A stretch of DNA of 64,000 bases from Neodothiora populina (GCF_041146345.1 NW_027191410.1:868001-932000); one strand, 5' to 3'. Positions 24,774 to 38,642 are shown, numbered from the stretch's first letter. Numbers and translations: made by a program. The notes: generated from the sequence alone by a model not told the origin.

Positions 24774-27700
24774 ACTGACATAGATGGAAGTGGTTCGAAC
24801 AGTGGTGGAGAAGTAGTAGCAATGGAAGGCAGGCGTAGACGAGGTCGACTATCGAAGGGGCGTGGCTGATTGTGAATGTTGTTCGAGAGAGGTGACCTCG
24901 TTTATGGATTCTCTTCGAAGTGGCGTTGAGACGCGCTGTACTATGATCCCAAACCGGCTCAGACGGCGCAAAAGTGGTGACGAGGATTGGTTGGTGGCTG
25001 CAGAGGCAACCTTTGGCACAGCGTGGCGGAGTTGTGTCGCAAGTAATGATCTCAGGCTTGTTGGCGACAGATAGATACCAGTTTAGTCCATCCGAATCTT
25101 GGACAGCGATTCGAACGCGGTGACGAGGAAAGAGGTCTTGGTAAATAGCGACGAAAGGGATGTGTCGCGAAAATAAGACGGCGCAAGCTGTGTGTGAGAA
25201 GGATCCAGATGAAGAGTAGGTGTGAGTGTGACTGGACACCGACGGGTGGGGTGGACGACAGACGACTGTGCGTGTAACACTTGGTGGGTGATGCACCCAA
25301 GGAACGAGAACGGAATGTTCAAAGACGAAGACTGGCGACACCGAGGACCGACGATTCAAGAGGGGAGCAGAGGGAGAGGGAGGAGGGGGAAAACAGAGGG
25401 CGCTTTCAATGAGGACTTGGACCCCTCGATACGCCCAACCACCACGAGCTGAAGTGATAGCGGAAGCGCAGTGTGTATGGATGGTTGTTCGATTCGCTGG
25501 GCATTGGTATTCCTAAGAGGCTGTTTGGCGCGGGCTGAACGATTGGGAGGAGGGGAAACTCGTAAAGAGGGCGTATACAGACTATCATAGGCCGTCGGGA
25601 CAGCGCTTCGAAGTGGAGGAATAGTAGAAGCGCCTAAAGATTGCTCACTCGGGGAAAACGAAACACACAAGCTCGGGGGTGAGGAGCAATACAACAACAA
25701 CTACGGAATACCACCCTACAGATGCTTCCAGCTTGGCGACTACACGGACTTTATCTACATGTCAAACGTCCGTACAGTGCAGTATCTCACTATACATCGC
25801 TCCGTGTCTGCTTGATTGACTACTGATACAAGAAATACGGGTGCTAGTAAGTCCCCTGTCCTCCGTCTTCACATCTCACCTGATCCCACGACGTTATGCT
25901 ACAGAATCTTGTGTGCTACCCGGTGCATAAGATGACCATCGGACTACCTGAGCTAGACGGAGTATCCATCGCTGGTAACAAGAAATGTTAGATACGCCGA
26001 TACCAGGGTTATCTTAAACTGACTATTCACCCACTTATCAAAGAGGTAAGTAGTCTGCAGCACCTTAAAGGTACTGTACAGTAGTACGTGCCCTCGTCCG
26101 CCTTTCGCAATCGATACTGCAGTGACGGACATCACCATTCACACCGTGAGTCCTTCTTATGTAGATGCTATATTATCTCTTGGGTGATGGCAGCAGAAGA
26201 CGACTAGCTCTGTTCCATAGGCTGCTGTACAAGTACACTCCATCCGCACTACAGTGCAGTGTAATTAATGGTCTTCGGATCAACCAACACAACCTTGATC
26301 TTGCTAAGAAGGGTATAAGTATAATGAGTAATTTGCCCTAGCTCGTTGACCTTACTGCATCTCCCGATCATTTCTCGTGCGCCAAGACACTTGCCTTGCC
26401 CCTTCTAATTCCTGTCACGATCTCGACGAAACCGCGGGTCTTCGCATAGTATATTTCGGCTCGCCTTGTATCATCTTCCGATGATCAGGGTCTGTCGTGT
26501 CTCATTCTATACAGCTCCACCTTGCCTTCTGGAAGGGTTGCCATGAGCGCGGGTCTAGAGCTGTGAGACGCGGGATGCGAAGGCTAGAGCAACCTTGTCA
26601 GGTTTCTACCCCTCCAACAATTATCCACCTAATAATCATCATGGGTGCTTGTTTTACAGAAATTGACAAGTAACTGACCTGCACAGCGTATCGATAGAAG
26701 CGGAACGTTTCTGCAAAGCCAAATATAGCCACAACTTACAGGGCCTATCCTTACAGCACTGCATAATCCTTCCTGGGTAGGTATGTTCCCTTCTTTTATT
26801 TGCCTCACCGTAACATCCGTCTCTTGCTTTTCACATCCGGCTTGGTGCGGAGCAGTCGGATGTGTGGTCAAAGAAGGGATCAACTAGCAAGAGCATTGCT
26901 CTCTGCACTAATAATTGACCGCTCAATTTCACCGATCGGACTCGACGATTGGATGCCAAAGTATCACCATGTTGCACAGAAGAGTGACAGAAGTCACCGC
27001 CTACGCGAGTTACCATCGACCCGGTTTCCCCATCGCGCTGGTCGAATGTCGTCCTGCGAGCGAGACCCTGCTGTGATGAGCGGGCGTCGAGGCGGGTTCC
27101 CTATGTTTTCCCATGACAAATTTAAGCGAGCGTTATGTATTTGTGTATACCTACAATCGAGCATTCGCGTGCCAGCACCCCCTGCATTATTTGACGCGTA
27201 CAGCACCTAGAAATAAGATTATTGCCGGAGAAAAACGCGTAGTAGCTCCCGCCCTGTCCGCACAGATAGTCGCACACCGTTGGAGTCACGCATTTCGCGC
27301 GCTGCATTATATCATACCTACCAAGATGTGTTCTCGAGATCATATGTAACACATCGCAGAGGTGCAGTGACTCTTCGCGTTTGATACTGGATGAAGAGGA
27401 TATAGAGATCTGCCTTTCAAAGAGATGACCTTTGCGATGACTGGTCAGATACCACACAACTACCTCACGATATGTACTTCTGTCTTTATTGCGAAGAACA
27501 AGTCAGTGTCACACACTTCCATGTCCTAAACGCGCCGGCATCCTGATTTAGCGGTTTGACATATAGCTGCACTGTGCTTTGGCGGGGACTGTGATCCGAA
27601 AGGCTTGGTTTGAAGACTAAGTGGGGTCAATGGCCCGTTCCGTCTTTAGGTGCCTAGATTCACGCGTACAATACAGTGGTAGCAACTCAAAAGGAAAAGA

Positions 27701-29708
27701 ATGTTTCCTTACCTTCGTCCAGATGCGCAGCAGGTGTGAACTCGATTGTAGATCATGCGTGGAGTCTAAAAGCCATGCTAGGATCGCGAAGTGATCTGAT
27801 ACAAGACAGAGCTGGACATTGTTTCGACGACGCTTCTCGGAAATGCCCATACAACAACACCCGTGATAAGAGAAGTCACAAGGGGCGCAGGCGTAATGTA
27901 CGGGGCTGTTGTGCATACGAATCGAGTCACCTTTGATCTCGGAATTGGTGGACCGAACCAGTGGGACTGCATGAATGCTTCTTTTGGGAGAGCCGGTTCG
28001 AAGGGGGGAGCAACGCCTGACACGTAGCGCCACCGTAGTCTGCTGCTGGCCAAGCATTAATGAGATACGCGATGCCAGGAACGAGCCATGACCCGGGTGA
28101 TATTCGTCGATCACTTCGAACGCGACAAAGTTTGCATCCCAAAATGCCCCGATCAACTCGTACTCGTTCCCAACAAGGAACGTCGTGCGGGACACGCAAA
28201 CAATCCCAAGTCGATCAAGGCGGTGGGCGTTTGCGCCATGACGAGAGAAATTCGAGGGGCACGAGGGGAACAGCGCATCGCGTCGCATCATCATCATCAT
28301 CATTATCACATCGATGATGGCGGGACACACAATGACAAAATGTTCAGGTGGCGCAGAGTCAGTAGCTGCACGACTCGCTTACTACACGTTGCGCCGCGAT
28401 GTGGCAGGCTGGCAGTGGACATTGCAGTTCTATACTGAAAACCGCGTGCAGAAAGTGCCCGATTTGCAGATCCTTTTTCAACGTGATGTGATACCAGATC
28501 GTTGGGTTCGCTTGACAGAAATCTCGGGCATCCCGTACAGCGCAAAGAGGTTTGACCGCCAGTTGGAATTGATTGATGCAGTCGGTATGACTTGCTTATC
28601 GCGAAAGTGCTGTTCGGTGAGCGAGCGGTCGCGTCAGGGTGAGAAAGCATGCCAAATTGTTCTTCTCTTGACGCCTCGCCACGCAGTCAGTAGCAAGTGC
28701 TCTTCGCAAGTGTCTCCCAGTGAAGAAAGCTGTTGGGCAGTAAGGTAGATATAGAACTGCAATTGTCACGAATGATGCTGGGCAGGCTGTTACACGTATC
28801 CGTCGGTAAGTCAAATTGACAGATGCAATCACGCGGACAACACACGACGGCTCAGCAACAGGGTCAAAGTGTCTCAAGCCAAGAGATCCACCAATCAGAT
28901 ATGCAGTAATAAGGCAATTCCTGACTACCGAACTTATGTAAGGTAAGGCAAGTGGACATGTATTGACCATGAGTGTACAGTCTCGCAGCGACAGAGGGAG
29001 CATCCATGGCGAGGTACCTGTATCGAATCGCCATACCTTATGGTGGTGCATCAGGAGCAAATGCGGGCGGAACAAGCCACAGCATCGAGCAGGGCCACAC
29101 GAATGAGGGACGGGAAGGAGGGGGGGACGAAGCACAAGAGGGTTTCGCCTAGCAGCTGGTACTGGGCGCTCGGACCTCCATCGGGAAGTCCAGCAAAATG
29201 CCCCGCTTGACACTTTCCCATTCCCAGTTTCTACCCGCGTTGGTGCTGCAGGCTGCTTTCTTTCACTTTGTCGTTTCGTTGCTTTAGTTGTGTCAATCCA
29301 AGTCTTCTACCTTTTATTACCTTGGCCTTGCCTTTTCTCCTACGCCCCTTCCCTTTTACCCCTCCTCCTTCTTCCCATTTCTGATTCAATTTTGACGTCG
29401 TCGACTTTTCAGTCCTTCGCCCCTCTTCTCCTGTTTTATCTTGTCTGTCCTCTAGAACAGAGACTTTCCTCGTATCGTCTCTTCTCTTCTGGCACGTCAT
29501 TTGCTACTGCCTGCACTGCGTCGTTCATCGTCGCAAAGCAGCCGACGCCTCCCACTCAATGAGCATATCATCGCCTATACCCCAACCCCATTCAAACCAA
29601 TTTCAGATCATCAAGATTTAACACCTACGCGTCTCGGTTGGCACTTGAACCTTTCGGACTCGGTCGAAGCATTCAACATCTTCGCTCGATAAGTCAACTG
29701 CCGCCACA

Positions 29709-32307
29709 ATGCCCGCCGCCTCGGGCCCTCCGCTATCCGCCGCAGCAGCAGCAGCAGCAGTCACTGCAGCTACAGCCGCCCCCTCTTCACCCTCAGCCAG
29801 TCGAAAACCATCAGTCATCCCAGAGAAAAAATACAAATGCCAATTCTGCGCTCGCGCCTTCAGTCGCAGTGAGCATCGAAGCAGACATGAGCGCTCGCGT
29901 GAGTCCTTCCCCAGTATTCAGCCTTGCTTGCACCAACGCCTCACCACGTGCCTCTACACACAGTCGCCGCTAACATTTTCTCTCAGACACAAAGGAACGC
30001 CCGTTCAAATGTTTAAAGTGTCGCAGCACATTCGTGCGACGCGATCTTCTTCTTCGTCACGACCGCACCGTGCACGCCAAAGACGGCGGTGTCCCTCTGC
30101 AGAGCGACTCGAAACGCCGAAACTTGCCAAAGCCCTCGCCCGACACTGCCGCCAATAAGCTGCCCCTTAGTATTGATCAGGCGGACATTGAGCAGATCGA
30201 TGCCGGCGATGGCATGTTTGGTGTAGAGGAGGCCGCCATGCTCATGACAAATTTTCAACAAAAGGCCGCCATGTCCACACAAGGTTCCATTCCCGATCCT
30301 ATCCTGGCCGACCATGCTTCGCACCTCATGGAACCATCGTACGGCGCTGGCTCTATGACGTTGCCTCAAATGCACTGGGACACCATGCTGCCTCAGAAGG
30401 TCCCTGGATCCAAAGCCACATCTGTCTCGTCTAGTGCTTCCGGTGTTGAGCCTCACCCGCCTTACAGTGGCTCTGTAAGCCATCTGCCTCCGCTGATGGA
30501 GCAGTCCCAACCGCCTTCCGCCATCGAGCTTGCTCCACCGCAATTCTCGGGCTTGGCCACCCCTGGTGCCCTGTCTCCGTTTCCTTCGATGATGGGACCA
30601 GTGTCTCCAGTAGACTACAGAAGATCCCCTGGACCTGCGCAACTGTGCACTGTGCCAAAGCCTCCTCAAGTCGAGACCGAAGAACAGGTTTTGCGCATGA
30701 TCGAGAACATCAGGCGATGCGACAGCGAAGGCGCCCTGGTCGAAAGCTTCCGTCTACCCAGCGTACCCGTCCTGAACCGCTACTTGTCGACGTATTTCGA
30801 CCTCTTCTATCACCATCTGCCGTTTCTGCATCCTGCGTCGTTTGATCCAGCGAAAGTGTCTGCGCCTCTGTTATTGGCGGTGCTCTCCATCGGCGCACTC
30901 TATGCGTTCGAGCAGGACCAGGCATATATGCTGCACATCGGCTCCAAGCTCCTTATCAATCAATTTCTCGTCAACAAGGAGAATTTCAGCTCCCGCAAAT
31001 CTCCCTTGTGGGCCATGCAGGCGACTTTGCTCAACATGATCTTCGCCAGCTGGAGCGGCGACCCGAAGGGCTTGGAATGGGCGTGCTCTGTCAAGAGTCT
31101 CGTTGCCAACATGGTAGCTGGAAACAGATATGAGCTGAAGCTTCGCGCTGAGGCGCGCGGTGACACCCAGCCCAGCCATCAAGAGTGGATTGAAGACGAA
31201 GAGTGTCGTCGTACTTACTATGCTGTCTACATCTTCTTTGGCTTGCTGACCATGACTTACAACCACACTCCGGCCATGAGCTTTAATGAGTTCGACACCC
31301 TTGATCTTCCCTGCTCGGAATCGCTCTGGGCCTTGAGTCCCGGTGACGACGATTCTTGGCGCGAGGGCTTGACTGCTTCCATGGTCATTACTTTCAGAGA
31401 GGCCCACGACAAGTTGTTCCAGGGCGAGGCCGCACGTTACAGTGCCTTTGCCACTCGCGTTATGATCAATGCGCTTTTCCTTGAAGTCTGGTACCACAAA
31501 AGAAGTCCCGAGGCTCTGCAGGATGTGGTCACCGAATACAAGTTGCGCCTTGCGCTTGAGTCTTGGGAAAGCTCTTTGGAGATCTGCGAACCAGAGACTG
31601 TTGTCGTACAGCTGAGTGCGCCTCACAAGGGACACCCTCTCATCTTTAACGCTATGGCAATGTACCGCAACACGACCGCGCGTCTCCTGATGGATCTGAA
31701 GTCTGTCCAGGAAGCTTTAAGATATCATGACTCGTACGAAGTTGCGCACGCCATGGTGCAGGCTCGCGAAAAGATCAAGCGCTCCGCTGAGATGCTCAAG
31801 GTCATCCAAGCATGTTTCGATTGTATCGAGGTCGCTGCTGTCCACGGTATTCGCTGGGTCGCTCGAACCTCTGCGACCAACTGGAGCATCGAGCATCCTC
31901 TGTGTGGTCTGGACCTCCTGGTCATCCTGACCCTCTGGTTATGGCAGATCGAACACGACGAGATCCCTGCCACAGATGAAGAGACCGTTATGTACAACAA
32001 GATTCGAGGTCTTTTCGACGACGATTCTGTTGATGCCTACGGGTCTAAATTAAGCGCCATTGTTGCCCGCTTGTGGGGCAGCATGATTGACGAAGTGGTT
32101 GTCTGGGGGTAAGTCCACAGTGAGCTTCTCTGTATCTTTTACATCTGCTAACAGTTGTTCTTCTCCAGCATTACCAAGCTCATGGGCGAATCCTTCAAGC
32201 TTCATGCTCAAGCCCTCACCGGCTTCGAAGATGCGGTCGTGGCACAAGGAAAGGCGCACGCTGCCCCAGCTGTTGCCTCTCATTCCTTTGCAGTCGCCGC
32301 ATATTAG
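29709..32307 (+). CDS. C2H2 zinc-finger transcription factor with a fungal TF middle-homology domain (Adr1/AmdA-like); introns 29899-29986 and 32109-32168
   Basis: CQFCARAFSRSEHRSRHERSHTKERPFKCLKCRSTFVRRDLLLRHDRTVH after splicing; YF..FYHHLPFLH; EECRRT. Confidence 0.92.
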
Positions 32308-33308
32308 AAGCTTCCGTGTTTGTTCTGTCGTGCAGGACCGAACTTTCACATTCCCTACGCTCACATACTTTATTAATATTCTCGAGCCTTTCAAAGCTCG
32401 TGTACACTTTTTGCGGCGATTTCTTCACCTCTCAGGCGTTCCTGGTCATTCGCATTCCGACTCAGGAGTGCCCCGGCATATGGGGTCTCAGGGTTGAAAA
32501 GCACACTACTTCATCGACAGCGATTTCTGTCATGGTATTAGCGGGGCGGGCTTCCTGGTGAACATTGCCGATACTGACATGTCTTGTTGGCGACACATTA
32601 ATGTCTATCTACAAACCCCTCTACGAAACGACACCCCGGCATCGGCTGGCCCGCCTGTCTGTTTCTCTATTGATTTTTATGTTTCGCGTGGGTCCGGTGG
32701 AAGGCGTTGATGAATTTTTCCATTTTCTTCTCATGTTGTTTTCTTCATACCATTTCTGCTAGCAACGTTGTCCTCCTAAATTGCTTTGGTCTTGTACTTC
32801 TAATGAGGGTCTGCATAGCGTGGCCATGATTAGTGGTTTCCTGCCCTTGTTTGTAGAACACGTAGCTCGCGGTACCATCTCGTCTCTTCTCTAAACTCGA
32901 TTGCATATAACTATGAGCCATGACGATGTGCGTGTGATGAGCTCAGCGCATTCATGTGCGCGACATAAATTCATGTGGAAGTCCTCGTATTGTCTCAACT
33001 TACCAGCTCTACATAACTACGCGGAGGCTTTGAGCTGAATACCACTACTCGTAGCATCACGATTCAATTCTACCTCATGTTACAGAGTTGCTGACGGATG
33101 TCGCTGGCTCGCATATATTCTCCCCACCTGGGACTCTTTGGTCCAAGCTTACCTTTACTATATCTTGCGGAGTGGCTTACACCCCCACCATTGCGCCATC
33201 GTTCCCAGATGCCTGTACATATATAAAGAGGAGGGCGCATAGCTACATGATAGTGCCGGATTGTTGCACGACATATCTTTCAGACGTCAATTGATAGGTA
33301 CAGTAGCC

Positions 33309-34179
33309 ATGGAGAAGTCTCCAGAGATTCACGGCATCACAACCCTGCTCTCCCCACTCACTCTTCTACTGCTCTCGGCTACCTACATCCCAATCACTAT
33401 ATTCAAGTTAGTAAAGCACCTTGAGATCTCGAAATTATTCTCCTGGTCTGCCTTCCAACATGCGTGGTTCGGGACATTCTGGGCATTCCTCGGGCCCAGA
33501 GCTCGTGAAATGGGTGTCGCAGAGGTTGTACCACTGCTGAAGCATGCCGAGGGCGTAATCCTCGACATTGGTCCCGGCAGTGGAGAGTGGCTGAACCTCT
33601 TCTCGCCGTCTGAGAACACCAAGATCCGAAAGATCTATGGCGTCGAGCCCAATTATGAGCATCACGCGACTTTGCGACGTAGGATCCAAGAGGCAGGTCT
33701 GCAGGACATTTACGAGATCCTGGGTGTAGGTGCACAGGATCTTGCTGGAAGTGGCATCGAGAAGGGCAGCATTGATACTATCTGTACTGTACAGTGTTTG
33801 TGCTCTGTCCCTGGTCCGCAGGACATCATCAGGGAGTTGTATCCGTATCTCAAGCCTGGTGGGAAGTGGCTTGTCTACGAGCACGTTCAGACGAAGTTCC
33901 GCAAGGACTTTGTGGGCTACTGGCAAAGTGAGTCCACGTAACGAGAGCAGAATAGATGAAGTGAACAGAAACACAATTGAACAGTCACTAATCTCTGCAA
34001 TAGGCTTGATTGATGTGATCTGGCCTACCTTCTTTGATGGCTGTTCCATCACACGACCTACCGACGAATGGCTCCAACAGGCTGGTGAATGGGCAAGTGT
34101 TGACCTGAACCCTGGTGCAGGAGAATACAAGTACGACGTGATTCCTCATGCGATTGGTGTCTTGGTCAAGAGCTCTTGA
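33309..34179 (+). CDS. Class I SAM-dependent methyltransferase (METTL7-like); intron 33928-34003
   Basis: VILDIGPGSG, YGVEPN, CLCSVP, LKPGGKWLVYEHV. Confidence 0.88.
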
Positions 34180-35510
34180 TTCGCCGGTCTTGATCATGCT
34201 GATGGCATATGTCCTCAGTGCGACTCGTTTGAAACGCCTGGACGAATCCTAATAGACATGTCTCATACGGTGTTTCTGAATACCACTCTTCTAAACATCA
34301 GAGATAATTGTCTCTATGATCATCCTATTCCTATTAGATGCAGCAAGGTAAACTGGGTCTTAGCCCAGAGCAGTTAGATGTTAGCTGTTCCTTCCTCACC
34401 TACATATGCTCTCGGCAAATGAAATAGACCTATGTGATGATGTATGAACATAATCAGCAACCCGTGCATTTCAATGAACATTGAATACGCATACCTGTAG
34501 AGTCTAATCACATGAAATGCATACAACAGGACAACGGCCACACGTGTAGTCTGCGGTCTACTGTATCACTCGAACATATTGAAACCTTAACATTAAACCT
34601 TACAATTCTTAACCCACGGACCCTAAGATAATAGTCCACTGCTAACCGAATCCCTTACGACAGACCAAGCATTAGATAAGTCCAAAAGATCTACAATCAG
34701 TCAAGTCAAATCCCTTTCCTGATCAATAAACAAAACACAAACGAAGATACTCTTACAGAGAGCAACGCGCACTTAAATCCAACAACAGAGACCAAGTCCA
34801 CCTATCCCACACCGCCATATGTTTTCAGCAATCTAGTCACGACCAAAAAGCTCGCGAAGGAGGGAGGTGAACAAGCAAGCGGGAAAGTCAACGCGAGACT
34901 AAAGCTAATGCACAAGTCAGGCACTCCTCTCTGGCACGGACCTCTCCTTTGTTTCTACTCTGGTCTTCTGCAGTACCTCGTAATAGTTACGGTGAAGGTT
35001 TCTACTGTAAACGTGATGCACATGCTGATTAGTTAGTCTTGTTACGGGGTGATAAGAGGGATTGATCAGATAGGTTATGTAGATAGACGAGGCAAAGCAA
35101 CAGAGAGGGTTTTGTCTGTATTGTTTTGTTTACTCTGTCCGCCTGACTTTTGTGACGCTGGTCGGATCTAAGGTTAGTAGAGGTACTGTACTGTGGGGGA
35201 CTACTACTGTTGCATTGCTGTGCGAGTCAAATTGCTCTTCTCCCTGTTCTGGATCTTTCACTTGAGAGCTTTGGATTTATAGATTGCTTGGTTTTTGTTG
35301 TGGTATTGGATTATTTGTGTTGTCGAGTGGATTGATTAAGGACTTGTATACACGCGAGCAATCCTTTTGTTTATACGAACACTCGACACATCCCATTTTC
35401 TTGACAGAGGACGATTATGCTGTACTTGAATTGCAGAACATTTTGAGAACAAAAATTCTATTGGAAGCGTGAAATCCCAGAACATCAACACAAAAAAGCA
35501 AAGCACAACA

Positions 35511-36563
35511 ATGGTTCGCCACCACCACCGCACGCCGACTTTCCCACTTGCTCATCGAGCTCGGCAAAAGCCAAGAAGAATGCCATTGGTCTTGCGATTC
35601 ATCAAAGGTTCTATACATCTAGACATAGCTGTGGCACTCATCCTGCACGCGCTCTGGTCCGCCCTGGTTGTCTATCTCGACCGCACGACGACGATGAATT
35701 TGCGCCTGCCGGGCAGCATCACGTCCAGTCTGTCCATCGTCGTGGGTCTGCTTCTGGTCTTCCGGAATCAAAGCTCGTACTATCGTTTCTGGAGCGGTCA
35801 GGAACACCTAACCACTATTTGCGCTAGTGTGAGGAACCTCACACGCTCTTTCCTCACGTGCTCGTATGTCAATGGCAAGGCTGAGCCGGGTCAAGCAGAG
35901 CGTGCGGATGTTGAGGGGTCAGTGCATGTATTGCTTGCCATCGTCTATGCTACGAAGAACACTCTGCGATTCGAGTGGGGTGTTGCAGGCAATCGGGCGG
36001 GTGGAGACCTCGGAAGTGATATTCCAGGAAGTATCCGAGACGATGTTGCATGCTTGCTGCCGAGCCGGATGCGACAGGCTTTCGAACACCAAGGTCTGGG
36101 TCTGCCGATCCAGTTGACGATCGCAGTGGAAGGTTTTATCAAGCGCGGACACGACAGGGGGTGGTTCCATTCACCTCAAGCCTCGCAATTGACCGCCCAA
36201 TTGAATGGGCTGGTTGCTGCTTACAGCGCCATGGAGACCATCAGATTGACACCACTGCCTGTGGCCTATCAGATCCATACGAAACAGGTGCTTGCACTTT
36301 TCGGCGGCGTTCTACCGTTCGCTTTCCTTGAGGTCCTAGGTTGGTGGACAATCCTCGTCGTCGGACTCATCAACTTCACGCTGTACGGCATAGAAGCTAT
36401 TGCTGAGCAGCTCGAAGAGCCATTCGGCTATGATAGGAACGACATCAAGATGGAGAACGTCCTTGAGGACTTGAGGTTGGAGGTGGATACCCTCGTTCAT
36501 CAATGGCGTATCCGGGGACCAATGTTCGCCAGGGTGTACTCAGGGGATGCGGCACTTATTTAG
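35511..36563 (+). CDS. Bestrophin-like (UPF0187/YneE) anion channel
   Basis: VGLLLVFRNQSSYYRFWSG, TIRLTPLPVAY, LYGIEAIAEQLEEPFGYDRNDI. Confidence 0.9.
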   Translation: MVRHHHRTPTFPLAHRARQKPRRMPLVLRFIKGSIHLDIAVALILHALWSALVVYLDRTTTMNLRLPGSITSSLSIVVGLLLVFRNQSSYYRFWSGQEHLTTICASVRNLTRSFLTCSYVNGKAEPGQAERADVEGSVHVLLAIVYATKNTLRFEWGVAGNRAGGDLGSDIPGSIRDDVACLLPSRMRQAFEHQGLGLPIQLTIAVEGFIKRGHDRGWFHSPQASQLTAQLNGLVAAYSAMETIRLTPLPVAYQIHTKQVLALFGGVLPFAFLEVLGWWTILVVGLINFTLYGIEAIAEQLEEPFGYDRNDIKMENVLEDLRLEVDTLVHQWRIRGPMFARVYSGDAALI

Positions 36564-36596
36564 ATAGCAGCAAGAGGTAGTTCTCGCTGCGGTTTA

Positions 36597-37915
36597 TCAA
36601 AGAGGGGATTGAACGCTTGATAAAGTATCTTCGATGGCATCTTCCGCTGTCATGCCCTCTAAAAGCTGACTGACAGCCTTGGGGTCGCTGCCCCATTGCA
36701 GACTAGACTCGGTCGTTGCAGTGGCTAGTATGAGGCGGTGTGGGTATACCTTGCGGGCTGCGAGCGCCACCAACGAGGGTGGACAGTACGTGAGGTCGTG
36801 CAAAGGGGCAAGTGCTCTGACTATAGATCGAAATTGAAGAGTCGCAAGGGCAGTGACGCCTCCAGAAACGAATCTGCTCAGTCGCAAGAACAAAGCGACA
36901 TTGTGAAGATAGGTGGCCACCTCAGCAGAGATCTTGACTTTTGCTGCGGCAGCACGCAAGTGCGATATATCAGTGTGATTGATAACTGGCGGACGATGGG
37001 CATCTTTAGGGTCCGAATGCCTCTTTAGATGCTCTGACGGGACAGCCAAGGACTGGATTGAAGTGGCTGTATAGTCAACATTCTCGTTAGATTCATATAG
37101 AGTATCCTCGGAGGAGTGATGATGGGAGATAGCAAACAGGTCATTCTGGCAAATAATTAGCCGCAACATATCCGCGCGCTGTTACTGTAGACGTACGAGG
37201 TGACGGCTCAGTTTGGGAGAGCTCGAGATTTGCAAAGAGACGAATAGAAAGTCCTTTGAAGCTGCATGCATAGCGGTATGGCTAAATAAGCGCCGCGTAC
37301 GGATAAGCTGTAGCATGTCAGAACGCTTTCTCACACGATATATCAAGTGTGTCAAACTTTACCTCGAGGGCCTGGGTTTGCACATTGTGAGACGCCAAGT
37401 TGAGGTCCTTTGTGACCACAATATTGGCAACTCTCCGCTCGTCAAGGGTGTTACTCAGGCCGGATTCATGCCGGAATAATGATTGTCTTCGACTTGCGTG
37501 TGACGACTAAAGAATTTTCAGCACGGCGTGACTTTTTAGCCTGTTGTCTTCAGCGCTACAGGTAAATGATACACATACAGGAACCGGAGACAACACAGAG
37601 CGGTGGTCTTCCTCACTGCTGGGGCAGTCGACCAGAACGCCTTCTCGGAAGTTGTCCAGTGTGGTTGACGCAGAACAGTCAACAACAACACAGGTGAGGC
37701 CAAATACTTGGGAAGAGATCTCGGAGATGTCAGTTCATGTGAGCTGTCAAATATATATGTCAACACAAGGTACGTACGAGTCTCAGGTTTTGGGCCACGT
37801 CGTCCAGTAGGCGGTGTTGTGTAGTTATGATACAATGCTGCTCAGCCACTAGGGAGAGTAGGATGGCAAGCTCAAGGTCACCAAAGGGTTGGATCCGTAA
37901 AGCGATCGAATCCAT
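36597..37915 (-). CDS. Conserved fungal protein with a degenerate AAA+/Mg-chelatase-lid-like C-terminus; multi-exon
   Basis: DLELAILLSLVAEQHCII at the N-terminus; VKISAEVATYLHNVALFLRL...LAARKVYPHRL at the C-terminus; exon boundaries approximate. Confidence 0.65.
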
Positions 37916-38323
37916 TCTTGTGATGTGCAATTCAAGTTCAAAGCGAGGATTGTGTGGGATGTTCACTACATGAACGTTTGATATGGACAGGGTATCCGTC
38001 CCGCCGTACCTCTGGCGCGATTATTCTGACAAATTCGGCGACGCTGTGGTCATGTAATTACTGGAGCGCTGGATATATTATTCGCGGAAGTACTGCGCTT
38101 TGGGAAACACAAAGGACCTGCCAATATCTGTACGGCCGTGGTGAACGCAACGCAGTATCCAATACCGTGGACTATTGACATGGAATTGTGTGTATATACA
38201 TCAAAGGGTATGGTTGTCAAGGCCGAGCAAGACAGCTGATGTACGCAGCATTAATTATTGTCCAATCAGAGGCAAGAAGTGCGGGACAAATACAAGCAAA
38301 AACGGAAGCCGGGGCAGGAGAGC

Positions 38324-38349
38324 GACGAGTGACGAGTGACGAGTGACGA
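38324..38349. repeat. (GACGAGT)3+ tandem repeat in a divergent promoter
   Basis: Read directly. Confidence 0.85.
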
Positions 38350-38411
38350 ACAACTGCGGCAGGTGCAGCTTCCCACGCACCGACCATGAACGCGCTTCCT
38401 TGAACTTTCCA

Positions 38412-38604
38412 ACGCGTCTTCGAGGCACCACTTCACCAAGCTGCGGACATTGTCCAATTATTCGAAATATCCCGGGCGAAAGCGACGCGTTGCATTGTCG
38501 CAACATTGTGGACAAGAAATCCTGTGCTTTAGATTGCCGACGCCAGCAACATAGGAAGCTGTGGTCCACCACGCGCATGCGACTGCATTGCCTCCACTAC
38601 GCGT
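38412..38604. promoter_or_regulatory. Three MCB (MluI cell-cycle box, ACGCGT) elements upstream of SCC3
   Basis: ACGCGT at 38412, 38485 and 38599, within 230 nt of the ATG of a cohesin gene. Confidence 0.65.
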
Positions 38605-38642
38605 CCATCTGAGCATACTTTGTCGACATAGACGAACCAAAC

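Noticed and set aside
27617..29213. Long intergenic ORFs (237 aa, 205 aa and others)
   Set aside because: No recognisable motifs, atypical Cys/Arg-rich composition, some with non-ATG starts
34200..35300. AT/TpA-rich stretch as a RIP-degraded transposon or hidden gene
   Set aside because: No terminal repeats, TE motifs or convincing spliced ORF visible
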